From: an uncultured archaeon
Lineage (GTDB): Archaea; Thermoproteota; Bathyarchaeia; Bathyarchaeales; Bathycorpusculaceae
NCBI GenBank assembly: GCA_963782915.1
Contig: CAWALK010000015.1
Span: forward strand, 224,001-288,000
Direction: 5' to 3'
Length of the DNA: 64,000 nt
Made by a program: the position numbers and the translations under genes. Of the stretch, positions 10,396 through 21,561 are shown in pieces (the stretch's first letter is position 1; every line of letters starts with the position of its first letter). Under the pieces are notes generated by a model. It had not been told where the DNA came from. It worked only from the letters and a program-made list of their open reading frames with translations, and ran no database searches.

Positions 10396-11634
10396 TCAAA
10401 GAAATATGCATTAGAGCCAAAGCGGCAGCCACCGAAATGGCTAAGCTCTCAGCAGACGCCAAAAACAGGGCGCTTGCCAAGATGGCTGATGCGTTGGAAG
10501 CTAACGCACAAGAAATAATCGCCGCGAATAAGCTTGATGTGGAAGCAGCCAAAGCTAAAGGCCTCAAAGCATCACTACTCGACCGATTAGCACTCGACCA
10601 GAAAAAAATCCAAACCATGGCAAAAGAGCTTCGAGAAGTCGCCGCATTAGCCGACCCAATCGGCACCGTATTATCCACCTGGACTCGCCCCAACGGTTTA
10701 ATCATCAGCCAAATCCGCGTCCCAATGGGCGTAGTGGGAGTAATCTACGAATCCCGCCCCAACGTCACCTCCGATTCAGCGGGTATCTGCATCAAATCAG
10801 GCAACGCCGTCATCCTAAGAGGTGGCTCAGACGCACTTGCATTCGAACGTTGCCATCGGCGAAGTACTCCGCAAAGCACTCGCAACCACAGCAGTACCAG
10901 CCGATGCAGTACAAATCGTCAATTCACCAGACCGCAAAGATGCCGAAGAACTCATGACCATGCGAGAATACATCGACGTACTGGTTCCCAGAGGCGGCGC
11001 AGACCTAATCAAAACAACCATCGAAAAATCACGTATCCCAGTCATTGAAACAGGAACAGGCAACTGCCACATCTACGTCGAGGAAGACGCAGACCTACAA
11101 AAAGCAACACCGATTGTCATTAACGCTAAGGTTCAGCGTCCTGGCGTCTGTAACGCAGCCGAGAAACTCATCGTGAACAGTAAAATCGCCAAAACCTACC
11201 TGCCCACAGTCATCGCTGAATTGCGTAAGAATGGCGTGGAAGTCAGGGGCGACGAAGCAACCCGCAAAATCGTTTCAGATGTGAAAGCCGCTACTGAGCA
11301 GGACTGGTACACCGAATACCTTGACTTAATCATCGGCGTCAAAGTCGTCGACAACTTAGACGAAGCTATAGCCCACATCAACAAGTATGGCACACACCAC
11401 AGCGACAGCATCATCACCCGCGACTTCGGCAAAGCCATGCAATTCATAAAAGAAGTCGATTCAGCCGCAGTCTACTGGAACGCTTCAACCCGCTTCACAG
11501 ACGGCAACCAATTCGGATTAGGCGCAGAAATCGGCATAAGCACCCAAAAACTGCATGCACGCGGACCCATGAGTGTCCAGCACTTAACAACGACGAAGTA
11601 CGTTGTTTTGGGCGATGGGCAAATCCGCAAATAA
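10392..11634 (+). CDS. proA: Glutamate-5-semialdehyde dehydrogenase (one apparent frameshift near 10840)
   Basis: GVIYESRPNVT, GNCHIYV, CNAAEKL, NASTRFTDG, ISTQKLHARGP across two overlapping ORFs. Confidence 0.93.
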
Positions 11635-11660
11635 CCCTCGTTTCTATTTTATTTTTTTGC

Positions 11661-12053
11661 TCAGGCAAGGCTTTGTTTATAATCAATTACAGCTATCGCC
11701 AAAGCAAGTATTGAAATAAAAATCAAAGGTAAACCAACGAAAATGTCGTTTTCCCAAGGACTATGATAAATCACAAAAATAACCGAAGAAATAATGCCAC
11801 AAATCATCACTATAAAACCGATAATTATAGAAGAAAGCCGTTTTTTTCCAAACATTAGAATTCCGCTGATTATCGCAACGATGGCTGCTACAAGATTTAG
11901 GTACCCAACATACAAATATGGATAAAAAACATGGTAATGGGCAAGCACATCAGAGAGATACTTTCCAGAAATCAAGAATGCCGCCATAGAAGCGATTAAC
12001 ATTACTAAGCCAGCAATAACAGAAAAGTTGATACCGATTTTCTTTATGCTCAA
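11661..12053 (-). CDS. Four-TM membrane protein
   Basis: Four hydrophobic segments, AT-rich. Confidence 0.6.
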   Translation of the reverse strand: MSIKKIGINFSVIAGLVMLIASMAAFLISGKYLSDVLAHYHVFYPYLYVGYLNLVAAIVAIISGILMFGKKRLSSIIIGFIVMICGIISSVIFVIYHSPWENDIFVGLPLIFISILALAIAVIDYKQSLA

Positions 12054-12133
12054 GCAGATCCCAATGATGTTTAAAAAAAATCGTTGCTTTTTAATTTTAT
12101 AAAAAAATCAAGAAAAAAAGAAAATTTTTGATT

Positions 12134-13654
12134 TTAAGGTACGAACGGTGCTGTCCAAGGTAGTTGGTGGATCATTGGCTGTATCAGCTGCAAGATGACA
12201 TCTGGGAACAAGCCCAAGAGGAAGATTGCCGCGACCAGTATGAAGACTGGAATCAAGATGCGTTTGTCTTCTTTGATTTTGGTAGTAATGCCGTCTTTGG
12301 GTTGTTTGCCGTACATGACGTTGATGAGGCGGAATATGTATGCTGTCTGTAAGACGCTTGTTAGGACACCGATGACTGCTAGCCAGGTTAAGTTGACGCT
12401 GATTGCTGCGGTGAATACGAAGTATTTTGCGATGAAACCGCCCAGTGGTGGAACACCTGCAAATGACAAGCCTGCCATGATGAGTGCTAAGCTGGTCCAG
12501 GGCATTTTTTTGCCGAGTCCGTGGAAGTGGTCGAGTGTTTTGAAGCCTTTGCTGTTCATGATACCGACTGCCATGAATGCGAGTGCTGTGGTTAAGCCGC
12601 CGATTAGGAAGAAGTACAGGTTGCCTGCTAAGCCGAGTTCTGTGGCGCTGGTGATGGCGACGAGGTTGTAGCCGACGTCTGCAACGCAGATGTATGCGAC
12701 GAGGCGTTTGATGTCGTTTTGTATTAGGGCAAAGATGTTGCCGACTATCATGGTTAAGGCTGCCATGACTGCGAGCATCAGGGTCCAGTCGAATACTCCT
12801 CCGACTGAGGGTGGTAGGATGATGAAGAGTAGTATTCTGATTAGGATGTAGTAGCCGCCTTGGTCTACGAGTGCTGAGAGGAATGCTGATGAGGGTGCTG
12901 GTGCAGCGGTGTATGCGTCTGGTAGCCAAAAGTGGAATGGTACGATTGCTGCTTCAATTGCGTAGCCTGCTACGACGAATACGAAGGCAATTATGAGTAG
13001 GTTCATGTTGCCTACGCCTGCGCTTATTGCGGTTTGGAGTGCGAGGTAGTTGAGGGTGCCTGTTATGCCATAAATTATTGAGAGACCCAGCAGTACAAAC
13101 GCGGATGCGATGATGACCATGATGAGGTACTTGAGTGTGGCGTTGAGGCTAAACGCGTTTTTGCGGTACAGCATAAGGAATGCTGCGGCTGCTGTTGCGG
13201 CTTCCCAGAATATGAAGAATGTTAAGAGGTCACCTGCAAGTACTGCTCCGATGAGGGTTGCTGTGAGTAATAGCATGATTGCTATGTATCTGTCTGATGG
13301 TCGGTCGCATGAGTTAACGAAGAATACTGTGTAGACTACGACTACTGCGGCGATGGCTACTATGATTATTGCCATGTAGATTGATACTGCGTCTATGAGG
13401 AATGATGAGGCTATGGCTGCATTCGCTGTGCCGTCTAAGGTTAAGTTTAGGGTTGCTGGGTAAGTTGTGCTATAGTAGCTCAAGGCTAAGTTAGCCACAG
13501 TTAGTGAGGCAACAGCGAAAACCACCATAAACCATGCGATTGATAATCCGGTTTTGTGGTTGCTTTTGCGTATGGTTTTGAAGATGGGTATAGTTAATAG
13601 GGCTGCAATTATCAGCGTGAAGATGGGTAATATGATGTCGATTAGTGTAGTCAT
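12134..13654 (-). CDS. nuoN: NuoN/FpoN-like antiporter subunit
   Basis: PFHFWLPDAYTAAP, IKRLVAY, GVPPLGGF; last gene of the operon. Confidence 0.85.
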   Translation of the reverse strand: MTTLIDIILPIFTLIIAALLTIPIFKTIRKSNHKTGLSIAWFMVVFAVASLTVANLALSYYSTTYPATLNLTLDGTANAAIASSFLIDAVSIYMAIIIVAIAAVVVVYTVFFVNSCDRPSDRYIAIMLLLTATLIGAVLAGDLLTFFIFWEAATAAAAFLMLYRKNAFSLNATLKYLIMVIIASAFVLLGLSIIYGITGTLNYLALQTAISAGVGNMNLLIIAFVFVVAGYAIEAAIVPFHFWLPDAYTAAPAPSSAFLSALVDQGGYYILIRILLFIILPPSVGGVFDWTLMLAVMAALTMIVGNIFALIQNDIKRLVAYICVADVGYNLVAITSATELGLAGNLYFFLIGGLTTALAFMAVGIMNSKGFKTLDHFHGLGKKMPWTSLALIMAGLSFAGVPPLGGFIAKYFVFTAAISVNLTWLAVIGVLTSVLQTAYIFRLINVMYGKQPKDGITTKIKEDKRILIPVFILVAAIFLLGLFPDVILQLIQPMIHQLPWTAPFVP

Positions 13655-13655
13655 G

Positions 13656-15281
13656 TTAAACCACCGGTCCGAAGGTTACTGTTTGAATTAGCTGCATAAA
13701 GAACGTCGGGTAGATCCCGATTAGCACAACCAGCACGACAAGGACTGCTAAGGCAAATTTCATGTAGTTGGGTATGTCAACGATTTTGTGTCCGTGCTCT
13801 GCTTCTTTGGTTTCTGCTGGTGCATGACTGGCGTGTGCATCATGTGCGCCGTGGGCTGCTGGTTCGGTTCCTTGTTCGTCTTTGGATTGTCCCAAGAAAA
13901 CTTTGGAGACAAATCTTAGCGAATAAGCCAAAGAGAACACTGTTGCGATTAGCATTAGTGCTGTGGGTATCATGTAGAAGCTGTCGATGGCTATGATTTG
14001 GAAGGCTCCTACGAAGATGAAGAATTCACTGATGAAGCATGCTAGTGGCGGTGCACCTGCGATGCTCAAGGCCGCTATCATTCCTGAAACTGCGGAGAAG
14101 GGCATCTTGCCGGCTAAGCCGCCCATCTTGCGGATGTCTCTTTCTTCGGTTTGGTGCATTACTCCGCCTGCGGTTAAGAAGAAGAGGCCTTTGCTTGCTG
14201 CGTGAGTGATTATGTGGAGTACTGTGCCGACCAGTGCGATTGCTATTGGAGCGGTTAATGCGAGTGGTTGACCTGTTGCCAGCGCTGCTGGGATCAGGGA
14301 GAGGCCGAACATTATGTAGCCCATGTGGGCGATGCTTGAGTATGCGATGACGCGTTTAATGTCATTTGCAACCAGTGAAAGCAGTGAGCCAAAGAAGGCT
14401 GTGACTACACCGAAGATGGATATTACATGGAGGAAATCGGTTCCGAATGTTATGCCGACGGCTGGGAAAACCATGCCGAAGCTTAAGCGTATGATTGCGT
14501 AAGCGCCTGCGCTGATGATGACACCGCTAAGCAATGCCGACATTGGTGCTGGTGCTTCTGAGTGTGCATCAGGGAGCCACATATGAACTGGGAACACCGC
14601 CATTTTCACGGCGAAGCCAGCGGTTAAGGCGATTAGTATCCATTTGGCAATGTCCGAGTTAGCTGCCGTTGCCAAGAGGCCTTGGGCAGTAAACATGTCG
14701 GTGGTGCCGTTGGTTACCGCGTATATTGCTCCGATGCCCAGTAGTACGAAGACTGCGCCTGCGTGGGTGAATATGAAGAGTTTTAGTGCGGATTTGTAGC
14801 TGTTGCGGTAACCCCATTCTCCGACTATGAAGTATGCGGGGACAAGCATGAGTTCCCAGCAGAAGTAGAATAGGATTAGGTTGCTGGTTAGGAATACGCC
14901 GATTAAACCGACGCTAAGCATAGTTAGCAGGGCGTAGTATGCTGGGAGGTTTTTTTTGCCAGCCATATAGTTAATTGAGTATATGGATGCTACAAAGATC
15001 AGTACTAAACTGATCAGTGCTATCGAGACGCTTATGCCATCGGTGAATAGCGTGAATTGTGTGTTGATGATTGTAGGAATCCAAGTGTAGGATTCGATGT
15101 ATTGGTGTGAAGCGCTGTTTAGTATTGTTGGGATTGTACTGGCTACAAGCGCCATGTTGATTGCGGCGATTGCTGCGACAAAGAATCCCGCGGCTTTTGT
15201 CGACCTTTTACCGACTAAGTAAACAAACGGGATGCATATTGAGGTTATAGCGAATACTGATAGTAAGAGGGGTAGTGACAT
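13656..15281 (-). CDS. nuoM: NuoM/FpoM-like antiporter subunit
   Basis: WELMLVPAYF, FPVHMWLPDAHSEAP, KRVIAYSSIAHMG. Confidence 0.88.
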   Translation of the reverse strand: MSLPLLLSVFAITSICIPFVYLVGKRSTKAAGFFVAAIAAINMALVASTIPTILNSASHQYIESYTWIPTIINTQFTLFTDGISVSIALISLVLIFVASIYSINYMAGKKNLPAYYALLTMLSVGLIGVFLTSNLILFYFCWELMLVPAYFIVGEWGYRNSYKSALKLFIFTHAGAVFVLLGIGAIYAVTNGTTDMFTAQGLLATAANSDIAKWILIALTAGFAVKMAVFPVHMWLPDAHSEAPAPMSALLSGVIISAGAYAIIRLSFGMVFPAVGITFGTDFLHVISIFGVVTAFFGSLLSLVANDIKRVIAYSSIAHMGYIMFGLSLIPAALATGQPLALTAPIAIALVGTVLHIITHAASKGLFFLTAGGVMHQTEERDIRKMGGLAGKMPFSAVSGMIAALSIAGAPPLACFISEFFIFVGAFQIIAIDSFYMIPTALMLIATVFSLAYSLRFVSKVFLGQSKDEQGTEPAAHGAHDAHASHAPAETKEAEHGHKIVDIPNYMKFALAVLVVLVVLIGIYPTFFMQLIQTVTFGPVV

Positions 15282-15285
15282 TTTT

Positions 15286-17211
15286 TTACGCTCCTATTCC
15301 GACTGTTAAGACGATTAACACTATGATCAGTATGAAGCCGACTACTGCGGCTGCTACATAGTTTCTGAAGCTATCAGAGGGTCCCTTCTTCAGGGTCGTT
15401 GCGTGGCCTGGTTCTGCTGCTTGGCTGATGTCTGTTCCTGCTTTGTCTGGGATGCGGGCGAAAGCGGCGTTTTCAAAGCGTGTGAGTCCTTCGGAGATTT
15501 TGTTTATGCCTTTTCCGATGCCGTAGTAGAGGTCATCGAAGAAGTAGGCGTGGCCCAAGAGTTTGGTCAGGGGGTTTTTGCCTGCTGCGACGTTGCGGAT
15601 TGTTTGGAAGTTTCTGTAGTAGGTCCAGTATGCGAGTATGAATGTTGGAATCAGTAGGCCCATGAATATTGGGAATTCTGCGCTGGTGAAGGCTTCGAGT
15701 AATGTAACTTCAATTTCCGCATGTAAGAAGCTGACGACTAGTGGCTGTGAAAGTCCCCAGATGATACAGAGACCGGCTAAGATTCCTGCTGGGATGAGCA
15801 TGATTTTTGGTGATTCATGAACATGGATTTTTTCGATGTGTTCTGATTTTTTGCCCATGAAGACTAAGCTGAACATGCGCACACAGTAGGCGAATGTGAT
15901 TGCTGCGGTTGCGTAGAGTAGGATTGTTTGGATTAAGCCAGCGGTGGTTCCGATTTCAGATACGCTTGTTAAGATCAAGCCTTTGCTGAAGAAGGCTGCA
16001 AACGGCGGTAAACCGCTTGTGGTAATAATCATTATACCCATTAATACGAAGGATATGGGCATGATTTTTCTTAGGCCACCCATTAAGCGCATGTCTCTTG
16101 TGCCCAATGCATGTATGATGCCTCCTGCGAGGAGGAATCCGAGGCCTTCGAAGAATGCGTGGCTGACCATGTGGAATAGGCTTGCGAACCAACCGATGGA
16201 TGCGGCTCCGGCGACTGCTGTGCCTAAAGCTGCCATCATGAAGCCGATTTGGCTGACTGTGGAGTATGCGAGTACTCCTTTGATGTCGGTGGTCATTAAG
16301 CCCAAGGTTGCGCCGATGAAGGCTGTTATTACTCCAATCCAGGCGATGGTTGGGAACCATGCGATTTGTAGTTGAGTCATAAGGACGGTGGATACTGAGA
16401 AGATTAGGATGAATCTTGAGAGTAGGTAGATACCTGCTTTGACCATTGTGGCTGCGTGGAGTAATGCGGATACTGAGGTTGGTGCTTCCATTGCGCTGTA
16501 TAGCCATGTGAAGAGTGGGAACTGTGCTGATTTGGCAACTGCGCCGCCTAGGACTAAGAAGGCTGCCAGTACCATTAAATTCATGTCGAATCCGCCTGCT
16601 TGTATTCCGGCAATCATTCCCTGGAAGCTAAAGGTGTGGAACATGTAGAACAGAATACCGATTGCTGCAAGCAAAGAGATGTCGCCGATGCGGGTCATTA
16701 TGAAAACTTTGACACCGGAATGAATCGATTCTGGCTTTTTGTACCAGAAACTAATCAATGCGTAGCTGCATAAGCCCACCATTTCCCAGAAGATGAACAT
16801 CTGCAACATGTTGTCGGCAATTACTAGGCCAATCATGGATCCGATGAAGAGCAACAAGAGATAGTAGTACCGTGTTAGGCCATCTTCACCTTTCATGTAA
16901 CCTTGCGAGTAAACGGCGATAATTACGCCGAAGAATGCTACTAAGCAAGTGAAAAGTACGCTAAGGGGATCTATGTAGATGCCTGCTTCAACTAAACCGT
17001 TAATCCAGGGGACAGTAAAGGTTAAGACTTCACCGTTACCAGACCAAACACCAGGGACAAGAGAAAGCGCTAAAACCGCAACTACACCCATAATTGCAAT
17101 AACAAAATAGTTTCGGGCTTTTTCACTGTACTTGCCGATTACTGGAACGAATAAACTTGCGATAAGTGGGATGATCCAGACGAACCATGCTGAGAATTGT
17201 TCAAGTATCAT
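15286..17211 (-). CDS. nuoL: NuoL/FpoL-like antiporter subunit
   Basis: WEMVGLCSY, KSAQFPL, AMEAPTSVSALLHAATMVKAG. Confidence 0.9.
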   Translation of the reverse strand: MILEQFSAWFVWIIPLIASLFVPVIGKYSEKARNYFVIAIMGVVAVLALSLVPGVWSGNGEVLTFTVPWINGLVEAGIYIDPLSVLFTCLVAFFGVIIAVYSQGYMKGEDGLTRYYYLLLLFIGSMIGLVIADNMLQMFIFWEMVGLCSYALISFWYKKPESIHSGVKVFIMTRIGDISLLAAIGILFYMFHTFSFQGMIAGIQAGGFDMNLMVLAAFLVLGGAVAKSAQFPLFTWLYSAMEAPTSVSALLHAATMVKAGIYLLSRFILIFSVSTVLMTQLQIAWFPTIAWIGVITAFIGATLGLMTTDIKGVLAYSTVSQIGFMMAALGTAVAGAASIGWFASLFHMVSHAFFEGLGFLLAGGIIHALGTRDMRLMGGLRKIMPISFVLMGIMIITTSGLPPFAAFFSKGLILTSVSEIGTTAGLIQTILLYATAAITFAYCVRMFSLVFMGKKSEHIEKIHVHESPKIMLIPAGILAGLCIIWGLSQPLVVSFLHAEIEVTLLEAFTSAEFPIFMGLLIPTFILAYWTYYRNFQTIRNVAAGKNPLTKLLGHAYFFDDLYYGIGKGINKISEGLTRFENAAFARIPDKAGTDISQAAEPGHATTLKKGPSDSFRNYVAAAVVGFILIIVLIVLTVGIGA

Positions 17212-17531
17212 TATGCTTCAACCTCGACTTCTTCAACTTCGGCTTTTTCTTGCATTTTCGCAACTATCTTTGAGAGGTCGCTTGTGCCATATCGTTTGGA
17301 GACAATGACAAGCAACGCTAAGATTACTGCGCTAACAGCTGTATCCACTGAGAACGCTAAAATCAGCAGTGCTTCGCCCATGGCTTGGGGTGAAGCGAGC
17401 ATGATGAAGTTGAGTGTGGCTGCCGTAGCGATTAATTCTATTGAGATGAAAACTTTGAGCAATTGGCGGTTAGTTAGTAATCCGTAGATGCCAATGGATA
17501 ACATTACAATAGATAATATGACAAAGTCCAT
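17211..17531 (-). CDS. nuoK: NuoK/FpoK-like subunit
   Basis: IGIYGLL...ISIELI; three TMs; operon position. Confidence 0.82.
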   Translation of the reverse strand: MDFVILSIVMLSIGIYGLLTNRQLLKVFISIELIATAATLNFIMLASPQAMGEALLILAFSVDTAVSAVILALLVIVSKRYGTSDLSKIVAKMQEKAEVEEVEVEA

Positions 17532-17986
17532 TACTTTTTCCTCCTTTCAAAGAGGACAATGGCGATTCCTAACGCCACCGTCAAAATAACTATGGCCTGA
17601 AGCAAAACATCGAGGCCACGCAGATTCCAAAGGGCATCGCCGAATTGAACGTCTGCAGCAACAGGGTTTGATCCTGAGACTGACAGGAAAATTGCAGGTA
17701 AAGATAACAGCACACCTGCACCGACTAAGCCGCCGGTGCGTGCTGGAGAAGCTTTGCGGGTTGATTTTTCACCCAACATTTCGCCTGATAGGAACAAAAT
17801 TGCTAAAGTGCCTATGCTGACGGCGAATTGGAAGATACCTGCAAATGTTGCGCCAGTTAAAATGTAAATTATGGCTGTGAATGAGAAGGTTACCGCTAAT
17901 GCGGCAACGGAATAAACTACTTCATCTAGAAAGAGGGCAAGGACAGCTGAAACAATTAAACCAACTGCTAAGATTTCAATTATCAT
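17531..17986 (-). CDS. nuoJ: NuoJ/FpoJ-like subunit
   Basis: Multi-TM protein between I and K; GA.FAGIFQ motif. Confidence 0.75.
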   Translation of the reverse strand: MIIEILAVGLIVSAVLALFLDEVVYSVAALAVTFSFTAIIYILTGATFAGIFQFAVSIGTLAILFLSGEMLGEKSTRKASPARTGGLVGAGVLLSLPAIFLSVSGSNPVAADVQFGDALWNLRGLDVLLQAIVILTVALGIAIVLFERRKK

Positions 17987-18432
17987 TGTGATGCATCCTT
18001 TTTGGTATATGTTGGCTTCATGACTGAGGCGCCTTTATCGGTTGTTGCTAACTCGAATAGGTCTGACTGTTTGATTGCGTTTCTTGGGCATGTTTCTACG
18101 CATTGGTAGCAGAACACGCATTTGTTTAGGTCGATTTGGGGACGCTGTTTCCCGTCTACTTCAACGATTGTTATTGCATTAGCTGGGCAGTCTCTTTGGC
18201 AAACTCTGCAGTTAGAGCCTCGCATAGCTTTAATGTCGAAGCGGAAATCTTCACCGCATTCGAAGTCGATGGCATTGCATGATTTGATTTCATAAACCAT
18301 TTTGCCGCGGCTTTCTGCTGGAAGGGGTGGTCTTACGAAGGGATACTTTGTCGTCGCTGGCTTAGTGAATATGTGTGATATTGCGCGTCTAAATATTGGA
18401 GATATCCGTGATTTCGATTTCTTTTGTGCCAT
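17983..18432 (-). CDS. nuoI: NuoI/FpoI-like ferredoxin subunit
   Basis: ATTKYP, CRVCQRDCP and CVFCYQCVETCP. Confidence 0.85.
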   Translation of the reverse strand: MAQKKSKSRISPIFRRAISHIFTKPATTKYPFVRPPLPAESRGKMVYEIKSCNAIDFECGEDFRFDIKAMRGSNCRVCQRDCPANAITIVEVDGKQRPQIDLNKCVFCYQCVETCPRNAIKQSDLFELATTDKGASVMKPTYTKKDASQ

Positions 18433-18438
18433 CTAATT

Positions 18439-19449
18439 TTACACTCCAATCCCAAAGAAGGGATGATAGACCCATGTTACCAATGCAACAGTTACCATCA
18501 GTGAAATTAGCGCTGCAGGCAGCAGTATCTTCCAGTTGCCAGTTAAGACTTGGTCGATGCGTAAGCGGGCGACGACTGTTGTGATGTATTCGCTGATTAT
18601 TACTACTACGAGTAGTTTGAGTACGAACCATAGTGTGTAGAAGAACCAGTCAAGTCCAAAGAAGACTGGTCCGTTTGGTCCACCTAAGAATAATTCTACT
18701 ACTAATGCTGAGCCGAAGACCACTTGTACGTCGCGTGTTAAGTGTAGGAATGCAAGTTTTGCGCCAGTATATTCTGTTTCTAAGCCGCCGACGACCTCAG
18801 ATTCTGAGTGTGGGACGTCGAATGGGTCTTTTTCAAGTTCAGCTTGCAGGGTGATTATGAATAGTACGAATGCCCATGGAGCCAATAGGATGAAGGGTAA
18901 GGGGGCTCCTGCTATTGCAGAGATGCTTAGGCTGCCGGCGATGAATGCCGGTGTTAATGCCAGTAGGAACAGGGGGATGTCGTAGCCTAAGAATTGGGTT
19001 AAAACTCTTGCTGAGCCAATTGTGCCGTATGGATTAGATGAGGCCCAACCTGCGAGGAACAATAGGAAGTTTGCTATTGTGGCAAATACTAATATGATGA
19101 TTAAATCGCCGCTAAAACCGCCAATATTGGCGCCATATGATAGGACGCTTGCGCCGTCGATGGGTAAAAAGCACATGGCAAAAACCATGATGGCGAAAGC
19201 TGCCAGTGGAGCAAATCTGAACACCCATTTTTTGGTGTCTCTTGGTTCAATATCCTCTTTAGTTAACAGTTTGATAAAGTCTGCTAAGGGCTGAAGAATA
19301 CCGCCTGGACCCGCAACCATGGGACCGACCCGGTTTTGTATGCGTGCTTCGATTTTACGTTCTACCCAATCGCAGAACAAAGTTAAGAATAGGATGAATG
19401 TGAATCCTGGGAAGACTAGTATGCGGAAGATTAGTTCAAAGTCAATCAT
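18439..19449 (-). CDS. nuoH: NuoH/FpoH-like membrane subunit
   Basis: ERKIEARIQNRVGP, GILQPLADFIKLLTKE, PFDVPHSESEVVGG. Confidence 0.9.
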   Translation of the reverse strand: MIDFELIFRILVFPGFTFILFLTLFCDWVERKIEARIQNRVGPMVAGPGGILQPLADFIKLLTKEDIEPRDTKKWVFRFAPLAAFAIMVFAMCFLPIDGASVLSYGANIGGFSGDLIIILVFATIANFLLFLAGWASSNPYGTIGSARVLTQFLGYDIPLFLLALTPAFIAGSLSISAIAGAPLPFILLAPWAFVLFIITLQAELEKDPFDVPHSESEVVGGLETEYTGAKLAFLHLTRDVQVVFGSALVVELFLGGPNGPVFFGLDWFFYTLWFVLKLLVVVIISEYITTVVARLRIDQVLTGNWKILLPAALISLMVTVALVTWVYHPFFGIGV

Positions 19450-19462
19450 GTCGTGTCACCTA

Positions 19463-21037
19463 TCACCGGTCTGTGCATGAGAAGCAGGGGTCTAAGCTAA
19501 CAAAGTTCGGTGGAATGTCAGCTATGCTCTCACCTATGGCCGTTTTGAGGAATGATGGAATGTTAGCGAATGTTGGTGTGCGGATTTTTACTCGGTCAGG
19601 CATGTCGGTTCCGTTGCTGCGTACATAATAGAAGAGTTCGCCTCTTGGTGCTTCCAAACTGCAAACTGCTTCGCCGGCTGGTACGCTTCGGGCTACATCC
19701 ACACGGATTGGACCTGAAGGTAAATGGTCAAGTGCATATTCGATGATGTTGATGCTTTCTTCAACTTCGTCCATACGCACATTCATTCTTGCCCATGTGT
19801 CGCCGTCTGGATAGACGATTTCTTTGAATGGGATTTCGCCGTATGCTTCGTAGGGTATGTCTTTGCGTACATCCATGTCTACGCCAGAGCCTCTTGCAAC
19901 TGGACCCACAACGGACAGTTCTAGAGCGTCTTTTCTGCTTAATGTTCCAACGTCTTTCATGCGTAAGCGAATTGATGGTTCGTCAGTGTAGATTTTTCTG
20001 TAGAATGGCAGTTTACCCCTCAAATCAGATAGTACTGATTTAATCTTGGGGATATGCTCTGGGTTTAGGTCTCTTCTGACTCCGCCGACGGTCATGAGTG
20101 AACCGTACACGCGGTTGCCGCTGGTTAATTCGATCAAATCCATGATTGGTTCACGGTCTCTCCAGAAGTACTGGAAGACTGTTTCGTAGCCGATTTCTAG
20201 GCCTGCGTGACCCAAAGTTAGCAAGTGACTATGTAATCTGTTAAGTTCTAAAGCGACGACGCGTAGATATTTTGCTCTTTCTGGAACGGCTGGTTTAAGG
20301 ATTTTTTCAACTGCCCCAACGAAGCCGTAGGCATGGCAGGGGTTGCAGATACCGCAGACACGTTCAACAAGGTAAGTGTCTTGGAGGTATGTTCGGGATT
20401 CAGTGGTTTTTTCGATGCCACGGTGAACATAGCCGATTCTGGGTTCGACTTTAGTGACGGTTTCGCCGTCTACTGTTACTGAGAATTTTTCTGGTTCCAA
20501 CAGTGCTGGATGTTGTGGACCGATGATGATTTTTACTTGTCGTCCTTCCGCGGCTTTGTTTGCTTCGCGTTCTGGTGTTGGGACAAGTTTTACTTTGGTT
20601 GGATCTACGTCTTTTCGTAGCGGATAGACGCCGTCTGGCCAGTTCTCTGAGAGGACAAAGTGGCCGTTGAATTCGTTTCCGACGAAGACTACGCCGAATA
20701 AGTCTGTTACTTCGAGTTCATGGAAGAGTGCGCCTGGATGAATATCGACGACTGTTTTGATTTTGGGGTCTGCTCGTGGTACTTCGGCTTTGATTGTGAA
20801 GAATGGTTTGGTTGTGTGAACGTGATAGTATACGCCGAAAGTTGCGCCGAGGTCTAAGCCGGTGATGGCTGTTATGCCGGTTTTCTCGTCGGCGGCAAGC
20901 ATGGCTTTTAGGACGTCGTAGTGCAGGCCGTTGTTTGCGGTTATGGCTGCTGCTCCTAGTGCGTCTTTTTGGATTTGGATTTTATCGCCGAATTTCGATT
21001 CGAGTAAACCTATCATATCTACGTTATTGTTTGCCAT
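19463..21037 (-). CDS. Group 4 [NiFe]-hydrogenase large subunit, NuoC-NuoD fusion
   Basis: NuoC-like ELEVTDLFG...YPLRKD N-terminus; [14 protein letters not shown]; intact L1 ERVCGIC and L2 DPCFSCTDR motifs. Confidence 0.9.
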   Translation of the reverse strand: MANNNVDMIGLLESKFGDKIQIQKDALGAAAITANNGLHYDVLKAMLAADEKTGITAITGLDLGATFGVYYHVHTTKPFFTIKAEVPRADPKIKTVVDIHPGALFHELEVTDLFGVVFVGNEFNGHFVLSENWPDGVYPLRKDVDPTKVKLVPTPEREANKAAEGRQVKIIIGPQHPALLEPEKFSVTVDGETVTKVEPRIGYVHRGIEKTTESRTYLQDTYLVERVCGICNPCHAYGFVGAVEKILKPAVPERAKYLRVVALELNRLHSHLLTLGHAGLEIGYETVFQYFWRDREPIMDLIELTSGNRVYGSLMTVGGVRRDLNPEHIPKIKSVLSDLRGKLPFYRKIYTDEPSIRLRMKDVGTLSRKDALELSVVGPVARGSGVDMDVRKDIPYEAYGEIPFKEIVYPDGDTWARMNVRMDEVEESINIIEYALDHLPSGPIRVDVARSVPAGEAVCSLEAPRGELFYYVRSNGTDMPDRVKIRTPTFANIPSFLKTAIGESIADIPPNFVSLDPCFSCTDR

Positions 21038-21561
21038 CTTGTTTTACCTCCGCAACTACTGGAGTTGCCATTGGTTGGGCAACTTCTGTTTTGGGCTCCT
21101 CTTTAGGGGCTTCAATTTGTTTTTGTTTCTTTACTTTTGGCGGGTTTATTGCGTTAAGAAGCTTGACGCATCCGTCGATGATTGCTTCTGGGCGTGGTGG
21201 ACAACCCGGTATGTAAGCGGAAACAGGAATAACCTTGTCAACGCCGCCCAAGAACGTTATAGTTACCTTCGAATACTCCGCCGCTGCAGGCACATGCGCC
21301 TATGGCGACGACGAATTTAGGTTGGGGCATCTGGTCGTAAACACGTTTTAGTCGTTCAGCACATTGCTGAGTAACACAGCCCGTAACTAATAGTACGTCT
21401 GCGTGTCTTGGTGAAGGTTCAAGTTTTATGCCAAAACGTTCAACGTCATATTTCGGCGTTAGCAAGGCGACGATTTCTATGTCGCAGCCGTTGCAGGCGC
21501 CAGAGTTAAAATGCAGGACCCAAGGCGATTTTACGCGTGCCCAAGTTTTTGTATCAGTCAT
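21024..21561 (-). CDS. nuoB: NuoB-like / hydrogenase small subunit (one apparent frameshift near 21245)
   Basis: [22 protein letters not shown] in ORF 21238-21561; [12 protein letters not shown] in ORF 21024-21293. Confidence 0.88.
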